Assembly: GCA_964016885.1 (NCBI GenBank)
Contig: OZ024744.1
Span: 115,630,001-115,694,000, forward strand
Length of the DNA stretch: 64,000 nucleotides
Direction of reading: 5' to 3'
From: Eledone cirrhosa
Taxonomy: Eukaryota
Position numbers and translations under genes: made by a program. Every line of letters begins with the position of its first letter. Position 1 is the stretch's first letter. Under the pieces are notes generated by a model that saw only the letters and a program-made list of their open reading frames with translations, searched no databases and was not told the origin of the DNA. Below are positions 1-14,316 of this stretch, piece by piece.

Positions 1-49
1 TCTCTCTCATATAACAGTATCTCTCTGTCATATAACAGTGTCTCTCTCA

Positions 50-3000
50 TATAACAGTATCTCTCTCTCATATAACAGTGTCTCTCTCATATAACAGTGT
101 CTCTCTCATATAACAGTGTCTCTCTCCCATATTACAGTGTCTCTCTCTCTTATAACAGTGTCTCTCTCATATAACAGTGTCTCTCTCGCATATAACAGTG
201 TCTCTCTCTCATATAACAGTGTGTCTCTTATATAACAGTGTCTCTCTCTCGTATAACTGTGTCTCTCATATAAATGTGTCTCTCTCTCATATAACAGTTT
301 CTCTCTCTCATATAACAGTGTCTCTCTCTCATACAGCAGTGTCTCTCTCCTATAACAGTGTCTCTCTCTCATATAACAGTGTCTCTCTCATATAACCGTG
401 TCTCGCTCTCATATAACAGTGTCTCTCTCATATAACAGTGTCTCTCTCATATAACAGTGTCTCTCTCATATAACAGTGTCTCTCTCATATAACAATGTCT
501 CTCTCGTATAGCAGGCTCTCTCTCTCATATAACAGTGTCTCTCTTATATAACAGTGTCTCTCTCTCATATAACAGTGTCTCTCTCTCATGTAACAGTGTC
601 TCTCTCTCATAAAACAGTGTCTCTCTCTCATAAAACAGTGTCTCTCTCTCATATAAAAGTGTCTCTCTCATATAACAGTGTCTCACATGTAACATTGTCT
701 CTCTCACTCATATAACAGTGTCTCTCTCTCATATAACAGTGTCTCTCTCATATAACAGTGTCTCTTTCTCATATAATAGTGTGTCTGTCATATAACAGTG
801 TCTCGCTCTCAGAAAACAATGTCTCTCTCTCATAAAACGCTATCTCCCTCATATAACAGTGTCTCTCTCTCATATAACACTGTCTCTCTTATATAACAGT
901 GTCTCTCTCTCATATAACAGTGTCTCTCTCTCATATAACAGTGTCTCTCTCGTATAACAGTGTCTCTCTTATATAACAGTGTCTCTCTCATATAACAGTG
1001 TCTCCCTCATATAACAGTGTCTCTCTCATATAACAGTGTCTCTCTCATATAACAGTGCCTCTCTCTCATATTACAGTGTCTCTCTCATATAACAGTGTCT
1101 CTCTCATATAACGGTGTCTCTCTCTCATATAACAGTGTCTCTCATGTAACAGTGTCTCTCTCATATAACAGAAGCTCTCTCTCATATAACAGTGTCTCTG
1201 TCTCTAATATAACAGTGTCTCTCTCATATAACAGTGTCTCTCTCGCATATAACAGTGTCTCTCTCTCATATAACAGTGTCTCTCTCTCATATAACAGTGT
1301 CTCTCTCATATAACAGTGTCTCTCTCTCATATAACAGTGTCTCTCTCTCTCATATAACAGTGTCTCTCTCTCATATAACAGTGTCTCTCTCGTATAACAG
1401 TGTCTCTCTCATATAACAGTGTCTCTCTCATATAACAGTGTCTCCCTCATATAACAGTGTCTCTCTCATATAACAGTGTCTCTCTCATATAACAGTGCCT
1501 CTCTCTCATATTACAGTGTCTGTCTCATATAACAGTGTCTCTCTCATATAACGGTGATTCTCTCTCATATTACAGTGTCTCTCTCTCATATAACAGTGTC
1601 TCTCTCTCATATAACAGTGTCTCTCTCATATACAGTGTCTCTCTCTCATATAACAATGTCTCCCTTATATAACAGTGTCTCTCTCTCTCATATAACAGTG
1701 TCTCTCATATAACAGTGTCTCTCTGTCATATAACAGTGTCTCTCTCAGATAACAGATGTCTCTCTCTCATATAACAATGTCTCCCTTATATAACAGTGTC
1801 TCTCTCTCATATAACAGTGTCTCACTCTCATATAACAGTGTCTTTCTCATATAACAGTATCTCTCTCTCATATAACAATGTCTCTCTCTCATATAACAGT
1901 ATCTCTCTCATATAACAGTGTCTCTCTCATATAGCAGAGTCTCTCCATATAACAGTGTCTCTTTCTCAGGTAACAGTGTCTCTCTCATATAACAGTGTCT
2001 CCCTCTCATATAACAGTGTCTCTCTCATATAACAGTGTCTCTCTCTCATATAACAGTGTCTCTCTCTAATATAACAGTGTCTCTCTCATATAACAGTGTC
2101 TCTCTCTCATATAACAGTGTCTCTCTCTCTAATAACAGTGTCTCTCTCTCATATAACAGTGTCTCTCTCTCTTATAACAGTGTCTCTCTCATATAACAGT
2201 GTCTCTCACATATGACAGTATCTCTCTCTCTCATATAAGAGTGTCTCTCTCTCATATAACAGTGTCTCTCTCATGTAACAGTGTCTCTCTCATATAACAA
2301 CAGAGTCTCTCTCGTATAACAGTGTCTCTTTCTCATATAACAGTGTCTCTCTCATATAACAGTGTTTCTGTCTCATATAACAGTGTCTCTCTCATATAAC
2401 AGTGTCTCTCTCTCATATAACAGTGTCTCTCATATAACAGTGTCTCTCTCTCATATAACAGTGTCACTCTCTCATGTAAGTGTCTCTCTTATATAATAGT
2501 GTCACTCTCTCATATAACAGTCTCTCTCGTATAGCAGTCTCTCTCTCTCTCTCTCATATAAAAGTGTCTCACTCTCATATAACAGTGTCTCTCTCTCATA
2601 TAACAGTGTCTCTCTCATATAACAGTTTCTCTCCCATATAACAGTGTCTCTCTCATATAACAGTGTCTCTCTCATATAACAGTATCTCTCTCTCATATAA
2701 CAGTGTCTCTCTCTCATAACAGTGTCTCTCTCTCATATAACAGTGTCTCTCTCATATAACAGTATCTCTCTCATATAACAGTGTCTCTCTCTCATATAAC
2801 AGTGTCTCTCTCACATAACAGTGTCTCTTTCTCATATAAGAGTCTCTCTCTCATATAACAGTGTCTCTCTCATATAACAGTTTCTCTCCCATATAACAGT
2901 GTCTCTCTCATATAACAGTATCTCTCTCTCATATAACAGTGTCTCTCTCTCATAACAGTGTCTCTCTCTCATATAACAGTGTCTCTCTCATATAACAGTA

Positions 3001-5230
3001 TCTCTCTCTCATATAACAGTGTCTCTCTCATATAACAGTGTCTCTCTCATATAACAGTGTCTCTCTCCCATATTACAGTGTCTCTCTCTCTTATAACAGT
3101 GTCTCTCTCATATAACAGTGTCTCTCTCGCATATAACAGTGTCTCTCTCTCATATAACAGTGTGTCTCTTATATAACAGTGTCTCTCTCTCGTATAACTG
3201 TGTCTCTCATATAAATGTGTCTCTCTCATATAACAGTTTCTCTCTCTCATATAACAGTGTCTCTCTCTCATACAGCAGTGTCTCTCTCCTATAACAGTGT
3301 CTCTCTCTCATATAACAGTGTCTCTCTCATATAACCGTGTCTCGCTCTCATATACCAGTGTCTCTCTCATATAACAGTGTCTCTCTCATATAACAGTGTC
3401 TCTCTCATATAACAGTGTCTCTCTCATATAACAATGTCTCTCTCGTATAGCAGGCTCTCTCTCTCATATAACAGTGTCTCTCTTATATAACAGTGTCTCT
3501 CTCTCATATAACAGTGTCTCTCTCTCATGTAACAGTGTCTCTCTCTCATAAAACAGTGTCTCTCTCTCATAAAACAGTGTCTCTCTCTCATATAAAAGTG
3601 TCTCTCTCATATAACAGTGTCTCACATGTAACATTGTCTCTCTCACTCATATAACAGTGTCTCTCTCTCATATAACAGTGTCTCTCTCATATAACAGTGT
3701 CTCTTTCTCATATAATAGTGTGTCTGTCATATAACAGTGTCTCGCTCTCAGAAAACAATGTCTCTCTCTCATAAAACGCTATCTCCCTCATATAACAGTG
3801 TCTCTCTCTCATATAACACTGTCTCTCTTATATAACAGTGTCTCTCTCTCATATAACAGTGTCTCTCTCTCATATAACAGTGTCTCTCTCGTATAACAGT
3901 GTCTCTCTTATATAACAGTGTCTCTCTCATATAACAGTGTCTCCCTCATATAACAGTGTCTCTCTCATATAACAGTGTCTCTCTCATATAACAGTGCCTC
4001 TCTCTCATATTACAGTGTCTCTCTCATATAACAGTGTCTCTCTCATATAACGGTGATTCTCTCTCATATTACAGAGTCTCTCTCTCATATAACAGTGTCT
4101 CTCTCTCATATAACAGTGTCTCTCTCATATAACAGTGTCTCTCTCTCATATAACAATGTCTCCCTTATATAACAGTGTCTCTCTCTCTCATATAACAGTG
4201 TCTCTCATATAACAGTGTCTCTCTGTCATATAACAGTGTCTCTCTCAGATAACAGATGTCTCTCTCTCATATAACAATGTCTCCCTTATATAACAGTGTC
4301 TCTCTCTCATATAACAGTGTCTCACTCTCATATAACAGTGTCTTTCTCATATGACAGTATCTCTCTCTCATATAACAATGTCTCTCTCTCATATAACAGT
4401 GTCTCTCTCATATAGCAGAGTCTCTCCATATAACAGTGTCTCTTTCTCAGGTAACAGTGTCTCTCTTATATAACAGTGTCTCCCTCTCATATAACAGTGT
4501 CTCTCTCTCATATAACAGTGTCTCTCTCTAATATAACAGTGTCTCTCTCATATAACAGTGTCTCTCTCTCATATAACAGTGTCTCTCTCTCTAATAACAG
4601 TGTCTCTCTCTCATATAACAGTGTCTCTCTCTCTTATAACAGTGTCTCTCTCATATAACAGTGTGTCTCACATATGACAGTATCTCTCTCTCTCATATAA
4701 GAGTGTCTCTCTCTCATATAACAGTGTCTCTCTCATGTAACAGTGTCTCTCTCATATAACAACAGAGTCTCTCTCATATAACAGTGTCTCTTTCTCATAT
4801 AACAGTGTCTCTCACATATAACAGTGTTTCTGTCTCATTTAACAGTGTGTCTCTCATGTAACAGTGTCTTTCTCATATAACAGTGTCTCTCTCTCATATA
4901 ACAGTGTCTCTCATATAACAGTGTCTCTCTCTCATATAACAGTGTCACTCTCTCATATAACAGTCTCTCTCGTATAGCAGTCTCTCTCTCTCTCTCTCAT
5001 ATAAAAGTGTCTCACTCTCATATAACAGTGTCTCTCTCTCATATAACAGTGTCTCTCTCATATAACAGTTTCTCTCCCATATAACAGTGTCTCTCTCATA
5101 TAACAGTGTCTCTCTCATATAACAGTATCTCTCTCTCATATAACAGTGTCTCTCTCTCATAACAGTGTCTCTCTCTCATATAACAGTGTCTCTCTCATAT
5201 AACAGTATCTCTCTCATATAACAGTGTCTC
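50..5230 (+). repeat. Higher-order duplication in satellite A, two copies (offset ~2940 bp at the start, 2443 bp at the end)
   Basis: Identical repeat-derived ORFs at 525/3464 (offset 2939) and 2502/4945 (offset 2443). Shared variants include CCCATATTAC, CAGAAAACAATG and AAAACGCTATC. Copy 1 carries an extra ~440-bp internal repeat (AACAGTGCCT at 1051 and 1491). Confidence 0.85.
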
Positions 5231-6569
5231 TCTCACATAACAGTGTCTCTTTCTCATATAACAGTGTCTCTCTCATATAACAGTGTCTCTCTCATATAAC
5301 AGTATCTCTCTCTCATATAACAGTGTCTCTCTCTCATATCAGTGTCTCTCTCTCATATAACAGTGTCTCTCTCATATAACAGTATCTCTCTCTCATATAA
5401 CAGTGTCTCTCTCATATAACATTATCTCTCTCTCATATAACAGTGTCTCTCTCTCATATGACAGTGTCTCTCTCTCATATAACAGTGTCTCTCTCATAAC
5501 AGTGTCTCTCTCTCATATAACAGTGTCTCTCTCATATAACAGTATCTCTCTCTCATATAACAGTGTCTCTCTCTCATATAACAGTGTCTCTCTCATATAA
5601 CAGTGTCTCTCTCATATAACAGTATCTCTCTCTCATATAACAGTGTCTCTCTCATATAACAGTGTCTCTCTCACATAACAGTGTCTCTTTCTCATATAAC
5701 AGTGTCTCTCTCTCATATAACAGCGTCTCTCTCTCATATAACAGTGTCTCTCTCATAACAGTGTCTCTCTCTCATATAACAGTGTCTCTCTCATATAACA
5801 GTATCTCTCTCTCATATAACAGTGTCTCTCTCTCATATAACAGTGTCTCTCTCATATAACAGTGTCTCTCTCATATAACAGTGTCTCTCTCGCATATAAC
5901 AGTGTCTCTCTCTCATATAACAGTGTGTCTCTTATATAACAGTGTCTCTCTCTCGTATAACTGTGTCTCTCATATAAATGTGTCTCTCTCTCATATAACA
6001 GTTTCTCTCTCTCATATAACAGTGTCTCTCTCTCATACAGCAGTGTCTCTCTCCTATAACAGTGTCTCTCTCTCATATAACAGTGTCTCTCTCATATAAC
6101 CGTGTCTCGCTCTCATATAACAGTGTCTCTCTCATATAACAGTGTCTCTCTCATATAACAATGTCTCTCTCGTATAGCAGGCTCTCTCTCTCATATAACA
6201 GTGTCTCTCTTATATAACAGTGTCTCTCTCTCATATAACAGTGTCTCTCTCTCATGTAACAGTGTCTCTCTCTCATAAAACAGTGTCTCTCTCTCATAAA
6301 ACAGTGTCTCTCTCTCATATAAAAGTGTCTCTCTCATATAACAGTGTCTCACATGTAACATTGTCTCTCTCAGTCATATAACAGTGTCTCTCTCATATAA
6401 CAGTGTCTCTCTTATATAACAGTGTCTCTCTCTCTCATATAACAGTGTCTCTCTAATGTAACAGTATCACTCTCATATAACAGTGTCTCTTTCATGTAAC
6501 AGTGTCTCTCTCTAATATAACATTGTCTCTCTCATATAACAGTATCTCTCTCTCATATAACAGTGTCTC

Positions 6570-9500
6570 TCTCATATAACAGTGTCTCTCTCATATAACA
6601 GTGTCTCTCTCATATAACAGTGTCTCTCTCATATAACAGTGTCTCTCTCATATAACAGTGTCTCCCTCTCATATAACAGTGTATCTCTCTCATATAACAG
6701 AGTCTCTCTCATATAACAGTATCTCTCTCTCATATAACAGTGTCTCTCTCTCATATAACAGTATCTCTCTCATATAACAGTGTCTCTCTCTCATATAACA
6801 GTGTCTCTCTCTCATGTAACAGTGTCTCTCTCTTATATAACAGTGTCTCTCTCTCATATATCAGTGTTTCTCTCATATAACAGTGTCTCTCTCATATAAC
6901 AGTGTCTCTCTCTCATATAACAGTGTCACTCTCTCATGTAAGTGTCTCTCTTATATAACAGTGTCTCTCTCTCATATAACAGTCTCTCTCGTATAGCAGT
7001 CTCTCTCTCTCTCTCTCATATAAAAGTGTCTCACTCTCATATAACAGTGTCTCTCTCTCATATAACAGTGTCTCTCTCATATAACAGTTTCTCTCCCATA
7101 TAACAGTGTCTCTCTCATATAACAGTGATTCTCTCTCATATAACAGTGTCTCTCTCATATAACAGTGTCTCTCTCATGTAACAGTATCTCTCTCTCATAT
7201 AACAGTGTCTCTCTCTCTCATATAACAGTCTCTCTATCTCTTATAACAGTGTCTCTCTCATATAACAGTGTCTCTCTCGCATATAATAGTGTCTCTCTCT
7301 CATATAACAGTGTGTCTCTTATATAACAGTGTCTCTCTCTCGTATAACTGTGTCTCTCATATAAATGTGTCTCTCTCTCATATAACAGTTTCTCTCTCTC
7401 ATATAACAATGTCTCTCTCTCATAAAACAGTGTCTCTCTCTCATACAGCAGTGTCTCTCTCCTATAACAGTGTCTCTCTCTCATATAACAGTGTCTCTCT
7501 CATATAACCGTGTCTCGCTCTCATATAACAGTGTCTCTCTCATATAACAGTGTCTCTCTCATATAACAGTGTCGCTCTCATATAACAATGTCTCTCTCGT
7601 ATAGCAGGCTCTCTCTCTCATATAACAGTGTCTCTCTTATATAACAGTGTCTCTCTCTCATATAACAGTGTCTCTCTCTCTCATGTAACAGTGTCTCTCT
7701 CTCATAAAACAGAGTCTCTCTCTCATAAAACAGTGTCTCTCCCTCATAAAACAGTGTCTCTCTCTCATATAAAAGTGTCTCTCTCATATAACAGTGTCTC
7801 ACATGTAACAGTGTCTCTCTCACTCATATAACAGTGTCTCTCTCTCTCATATAACAGTGTCTCTCTCATATAACAGTGTCTCTCTCATATAACAGTGTCT
7901 CTCTTATATAACAGTGTCTCTCTCTCTCATATAACGGTGTCTCTCTAATGTAACAGTATCACTCTCATATAACAGTACCTCTCTCATATAACAGTGTCTC
8001 TTTCATATAACAGTGTCTCTCTCTCATATAACAGTGTCTCTCTCATATAACAGTGTCTCTCTCATATAACAGTGTCTCTCTCATATAACAATGTCTCTCT
8101 CATATAACAGTATCTCTCTCTCATATAACAGAGTCTCTCTCATATAAAAGTGTCTCTCTCTCATATAACAGTGTCTCTCTCATATAGCAGGCTCTCTCTC
8201 TCATATAACAGTGTCTCTCTTATATAACAGTATCCCTCTCATATTTCAGCGTCTCTCTCTCTCATATAACAGTGTCTCTCTCTGATATAACAGTGTCTCT
8301 CTCATATAACAGTGTCTCTCTCATATAACAATGTCTCGCTCTCATATAACAGTGTCTCTCTCATATAACAGTGTCTCTCTCATATAACAGTGTCTCTCTC
8401 TCATATAACAGTGTCTCTCTGTCATATATCAGTGTTTCTCTCTCATATAACAGTGTCTCTCTCATATAACAGTGTCTCTCTCATATATCAGTGTTTCTCT
8501 CTCATATATCAGTGTCTCTCTCTCATATAAAAGTGTCTCTCTCTCATATAACAGTGTCTCTCTCGTATAACAGTGTCTCTCTCATATAACAGTGTCCGTC
8601 TCATGTAAGTGTCTCTCTCGTATAACAGTTTCTCTCTGATATAAAAGTGTCTCTCTCTCATATAACTGTCTCTCTCTCATATAACAGTGTCTCTGATATA
8701 AAAGTGTCTCTCTCTCATATAACAGTGTCTCTCTCATATAACTGTCTCTCTCTCATATAACAGTGTCTCTCATATAACAGTGTCTCTCTCTCATGTAACA
8801 GTGTCTCTTTCATGTAACAGTGTCTCTCTCACTCATATAACAGTGTCTCTCTCTCATATAACAGTGTCTCTCTCTCATATAACAGTGCCTCTCTCTCATA
8901 TTACATTGTCTCTCTCATATAACAGTGTCTCGCTCATATAACGGTGATTCTCTCTCATATTACAGTGTCTCTCTCTCATATAACAGTGTCTCTCTCTCAT
9001 ATAACAATGTCTCCCTTATATAACAGTGTCTCTCTCTCTCATATAACAGTGTCTCTCATATAACAGTGTCTCTCTGTCATATAACAGTGTCTCTCTCAGA
9101 TAACAGATGTCTCTCTCTCATATAACAATGTCTCCCTTATATACAGTGTCTCTCTCTCATATAACAGTGTCTCACTCTCATATAACAGTGTCTTTCTCAT
9201 ATAACAGTATCTCTCTTCATATAACAATGTCTCTCTCTCATATAACAGTATCTCTCTCATATAACAGTGTCTCTCTCATATAGCAGAGTCTCTCCATATA
9301 ACAGTGTCTCTTTCTCAGGCAACAGTGTCTCTCTCATATAACAGTGTCTCTCTCTCATATAACAGTGTCTCTCTCTCATATAACAGTGTCTCTCTCATAT
9401 AACAGTGTCTCTCTCTCATATAACAGTGTCTCTCTCTCTTATAACAGTGTCTCTCTCATATAACAGTGTCTCTCTCATATAACAGTGTCTCTCTCATATA

Positions 9501-12500
9501 ACAACAGAGTCTCTCTCATATAACAGTGTCTCTTTCTCATATAACAGTGTCTCTCTCATATAACAGTGTTTCTGTCTCATATAACAGTGTGTCTCTCATG
9601 TAACAGTGTCTCTCTCATATAACAGTGTCTCTCTCTCATATAACAGTGTTTCTCATATAACAGTGTCTCTCTCTCATATAACAGTGTCACTCTCTCATGT
9701 AAGTGTCTCTCTTATATAACAGTGTCACTCTCTCATATAACAGTCTCTCTCGTATAGCAGTCTCTCTCTCTCTCTCTCATATAAAAGTGTCTCACTCTCA
9801 TATAACAGTGTCTCTCTCTCATATAACAGTGTCTCTCTCATATAACAGTTTCTCTCCCATATAACAGTGTCTCTCTCATATATCAGTGTCTCTCTCATAT
9901 AACAGTATCTCTCTCTCATATAACAGTGTCACTCTCTCATAACAGTGTCTCTCTCTCATATGACAGTGTCTCTCTCATATAACAGTATCTCTCTCATATA
10001 ACAGTGTCTCTCTCACATAACAGTGTCTCTTTCTCATATAACAGTGTCTCTCTCATATAACAGTGTCTCTCTCATATAACAGTGTCTCTCTCATATAACT
10101 GTATCTCTCTCTCATATAACAGTGTCTCTCTCATATAACAGTATCTCTCTCTCATATAACAGTGTCTCTCTCTCATATAACAGTGTCTCTCTCACATAAC
10201 AGTGTCTCTTTCTCATATAACAGTGTTTCTCTCTCATATAACAGTGTCTCTCTCTCATATAACAGTGTCTCTCTCATAACAGTGTCTCTCTCTCATATAA
10301 CAGTGTCTCTCTCATATAACAGTATCTCTCTCTCATATAACAGTGTCTCTCTCTCATATAACAGTGTCTCTCTCATATAACAGTGTCTCTCTCATATAAC
10401 AGTATCTCTCTCTCCTATAACAGTGTCTCTCTCTCATATAACAGTGTCTCTCTCATATAACCGTGTCTCGCTCTCATATAACAGTGTCTCTCTCATATAA
10501 CAGTGTCTCTCTCATATAACAGTGTCTCTCTCATATAACAGTGTCTCTCTCATATAACAGTGTCTCCCTCTCATATAACAGTGTATCTCTCTCATATAAC
10601 AGAGTCTCTCTCATATAACAGTATCTCTCTCTCATATAACAGTGTCTCTCTCTCATATAACAGTATCTCTCTCATATAACAGTGTCTCTCTCTCATATAA
10701 CAGTGTCTCTCTCTCATGTAACAGTGTCTCTCTCTTATATAACAGTGTCTCTCTCTCATATATCAGTGTTTCTCTCATATAACAGTGTCTCTCTCATATA
10801 ACAGTGTCTCTCTCTCATATAACAGTGTCACTCTCTCATGTAAGTGTCTCTCTTATATAACAGTGTCTCTCTCTCATATAACAGTCTCTCTCGTATAGCA
10901 GTCTCTCTCTCTCTCTCTCATATAAAAGTGTCTCACTCTCATATAACAGTGTCTCTCTCTCATATAACAGTGTCTCTCTCATATAACAGTTTCTCTCCCA
11001 TATAACAGTGTCTCTCTCATATAACAGTGATTCTCTCTCATATAACAGTGTCTCTCTCATATAACAGTGTCTCTCTCATGTAACAGTATCTCTCTCTCAT
11101 ATAACAGTGTCTCTCTCTCTCATATAACAGTCTCTCTATCTCTTATAACAGTGTCTCTCTCATATAACAGTGTCTCTCTCGCATATAATAGTGTCTCTCT
11201 CTCATATAACAGTGTGTCTCTTATATAACAGTGTCTCTCTCTCGTATAACTGTGTCTCTCATATAAATGTGTCTCTCTCTCATATAACAGTTTCTCTCTC
11301 TCATATAACAATGTCTCTCTCTCATAAAACAGTGTCTCTCTCTCATACAGCAGTGTCTCTCTCCTATAACAGTGTCTCTCTCTCATATAACAGTGTCTCT
11401 CTCATATAACCGTGTCTCGCTCTCATATAACAGTGTCTCTCTCATATAACAGTGTCTCTCTCATATAACAGTGTCGCTCTCATATAACAATGTCTCTCTC
11501 GTATAGCAGGCTCTCTCTCTCATATAACAGTGTCTCTCTTATATAACAGTGTCTCTCTCTCATATAACAGTGTCTCTCTCTCTCATGTAACAGTGTCTCT
11601 CTCTCATAAAACAGAGTCTCTCTCTCATAAAACAGTGTCTCTCCCTCATAAAACAGTGTCTCTCTCTCATATAAAAGTGTCTCTCTCATATAACAGCGTC
11701 TCACATGTAACAGTGTCTCTCTCACTCATATAACAGTGTCTCTCTCTCTCATATAACAGTGTCTCTCTCATATAACAGTGTCTCTCTCATATAACAGTGT
11801 CTCTCTTATATAACAGTGTCTCTCTCTCTCATATAACGGTGTCTCTCTAATGTAACAGTATCACTCTCATATAACAGTACCTCTCTCATATAACAGTGTC
11901 TCTTTCATATAACAGTGTCTCTCTCTCATATAACAGTGTCTCTCTCATATAACAGTGTCTCTCTCATATAACAGTGTCTCTCTCATATAACAATGTCTCT
12001 CTCATATAACAGTATCTCTCTCTCATATAACAGAGTCTCTCTCATATAAAAGTGTCTCTCTCTCATATAACAGTGTCTCTCTCATATAGCAGGCTCTCTC
12101 TCTCATATAACAGTGTCTCTCTTATATAACAGTATCCCTCTCATATTTCAGCGTCTCTCTCTCTCATATAACAGTGTCTCTCTCTGATATAACAGTGTCT
12201 CTCTCATATAACAGTGTCTCTCTCATATAACAATGTCTCGCTCTCATATAACAGTGTCTCTCTCATATAACAGTGTCTCTCTCATATAACAGTGTCTCTC
12301 TCTCATATAACAGTGTCTCTCTGTCATATATCAGTGTTTCTCTCTCATATAACAGTGTCTCTCTCATATAACAGTGTCTCTCTCATATATCAGTGTTTCT
12401 CTCTCATATATCAGTGTCTCTCTCTCATATAAAAGTGTCTCTCTCTCATATAACAGTGTCTCTCTCGTATAACAGTGTCTCTCTCATATAACAGTGTCCG

Positions 12501-14316
12501 TCTCATGTAAGTGTCTCTCTCGTATAACAGTTTCTCTCTGATATAAAAGTGTCTCTCTCTCATATAACTGTCTCTCTCTCATATAACAGTGTCTCTGATA
12601 TAAAAGTGTCTCTCTCTCATATAACAGTGTCTCTCTCATATAACTGTCTCTCTCTCATATAACAGTGTCTCTCATATAACAGTGTCTCTCTCTCATGTAA
12701 CAGTGTCTCTTTCATGTAACAGTGTCTCTCTCACTCATATAACAGTGTCTCTCTCTCATATAACAGTGTCTCTCTCTCATATAACAGTGCCTCTCTCTCA
12801 TATTACATTGTCTCTCTCATATAACAGTGTCTCGCTCATATAACGGTGATTCTCTCTCATATTACAGTGTCTCTCTCTCATATAACAGTGTCTCTCTCTC
12901 ATATAACAATGTCTCCCTTATATAACAGTGTCTCTCTCTCTCATATAACAGTGTCTCTCATATAACAGTGTCTCTCTGTCATATAACAGTGTCTCTCTCA
13001 GATAACAGATGTCTCTCTCTCATATAACAATGTCTCCCTTATATACAGTGTCTCTCTCTCATATAACAGTGTCTCACTCTCATATAACAGTGTCTTTCTC
13101 ATATAACAGTATCTCTCTTCATATAACAATGTCTCTCTCTCATATAACAGTATCTCTCTCATATAACAGTGTCTCTCTCATATAGCAGAGTCTCTCCATA
13201 TAACAGTGTCTCTTTCTCAGGCAACAGTGTCTCTCTCATATAACAGTGTCTCTCTCTCATATAACAGTGTCTCTCTCTCATATAACAGTGTCTCTCTCAT
13301 ATAACAGTGTCTCTCTCTCATATAACAGTGTCTCTCTCTCTTATAACAGTGTCTCTCTCATATAACAGTGTCTCTCTCATATAACAGTGTCTCTCTCATA
13401 TAACAACAGAGTCTCTCTCATATAACAGTGTCTCTTTCTCATATAACAGTGTCTCTCTCATATAACAGTGTTTCTGTCTCATATAACAGTGTGTCTCTCA
13501 TGTAACAGTGTCTCTCTCATATAACAGTGTCTCTCTCTCATATAACAGTGTTTCTCATATAACAGTGTCTCTCTCTCATATAACAGTGTCACTCTCTCAT
13601 GTAAGTGTCTCTCTTATATAACAGTGTCACTCTCTCATATAACAGTCTCTCTCGTATAGCAGTCTCTCTCTCTCTCTCTCATATAAAAGTGTCTCACTCT
13701 CATATAACAGTGTCTCTCTCTCATATAACAGTGTCTCTCTCATATAACAGTTTCTCTCCCATATAACAGTGTCTCTCTCATATATCAGTGTCTCTCTCAT
13801 ATAACAGTATCTCTCTCTCATATAACAGTGTCACTCTCTCATAACAGTGTCTCTCTCTCATATGACAGTGTCTCTCTCATATAACAGTATCTCTCTCATA
13901 TAACAGTGTCTCTCTCACATAACAGTGTCTCTTTCTCATATAACAGTGTCTCTCTCATATAACAGTGTCTCTCTCATATAACAGTGTCTCTCTCATATAA
14001 CTGTATCTCTCTCTCATATAACAGTGTCTCTCTCATATAACAGTATCTCTCTCTCATATAACAGTGTCTCTCTCTCATATAACAGTGTCTCTCTCACATA
14101 ACAGTGTCTCTTTCTCATATAACAGTGTTTCTCTCTCATATAACAGTGTCTCTCTCTCATATAACAGTGTCTCTCTCATAACAGTGTCTCTCTCTCATAT
14201 AACAGTGTCTCTCTCATATAACAGTATCTCTCTCTCATATAACAGTGTCGCTCTCTCATATAACAGTGTCTCTCTCATATAACAGTGTCTCTCTCATATA
14301 ACAGTATCTCTCTCTC
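6570..14316 (+). repeat. Near-perfect 3902-bp tandem duplication in satellite A
   Basis: ORF-track pairs 6934/10836, 7218/11120, 7578/11480, 9725/13627 and 10162/14064 all have offset 3902. At least two substitutions distinguish the copies (C at 11697, G at 14250). Confidence 0.92.
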
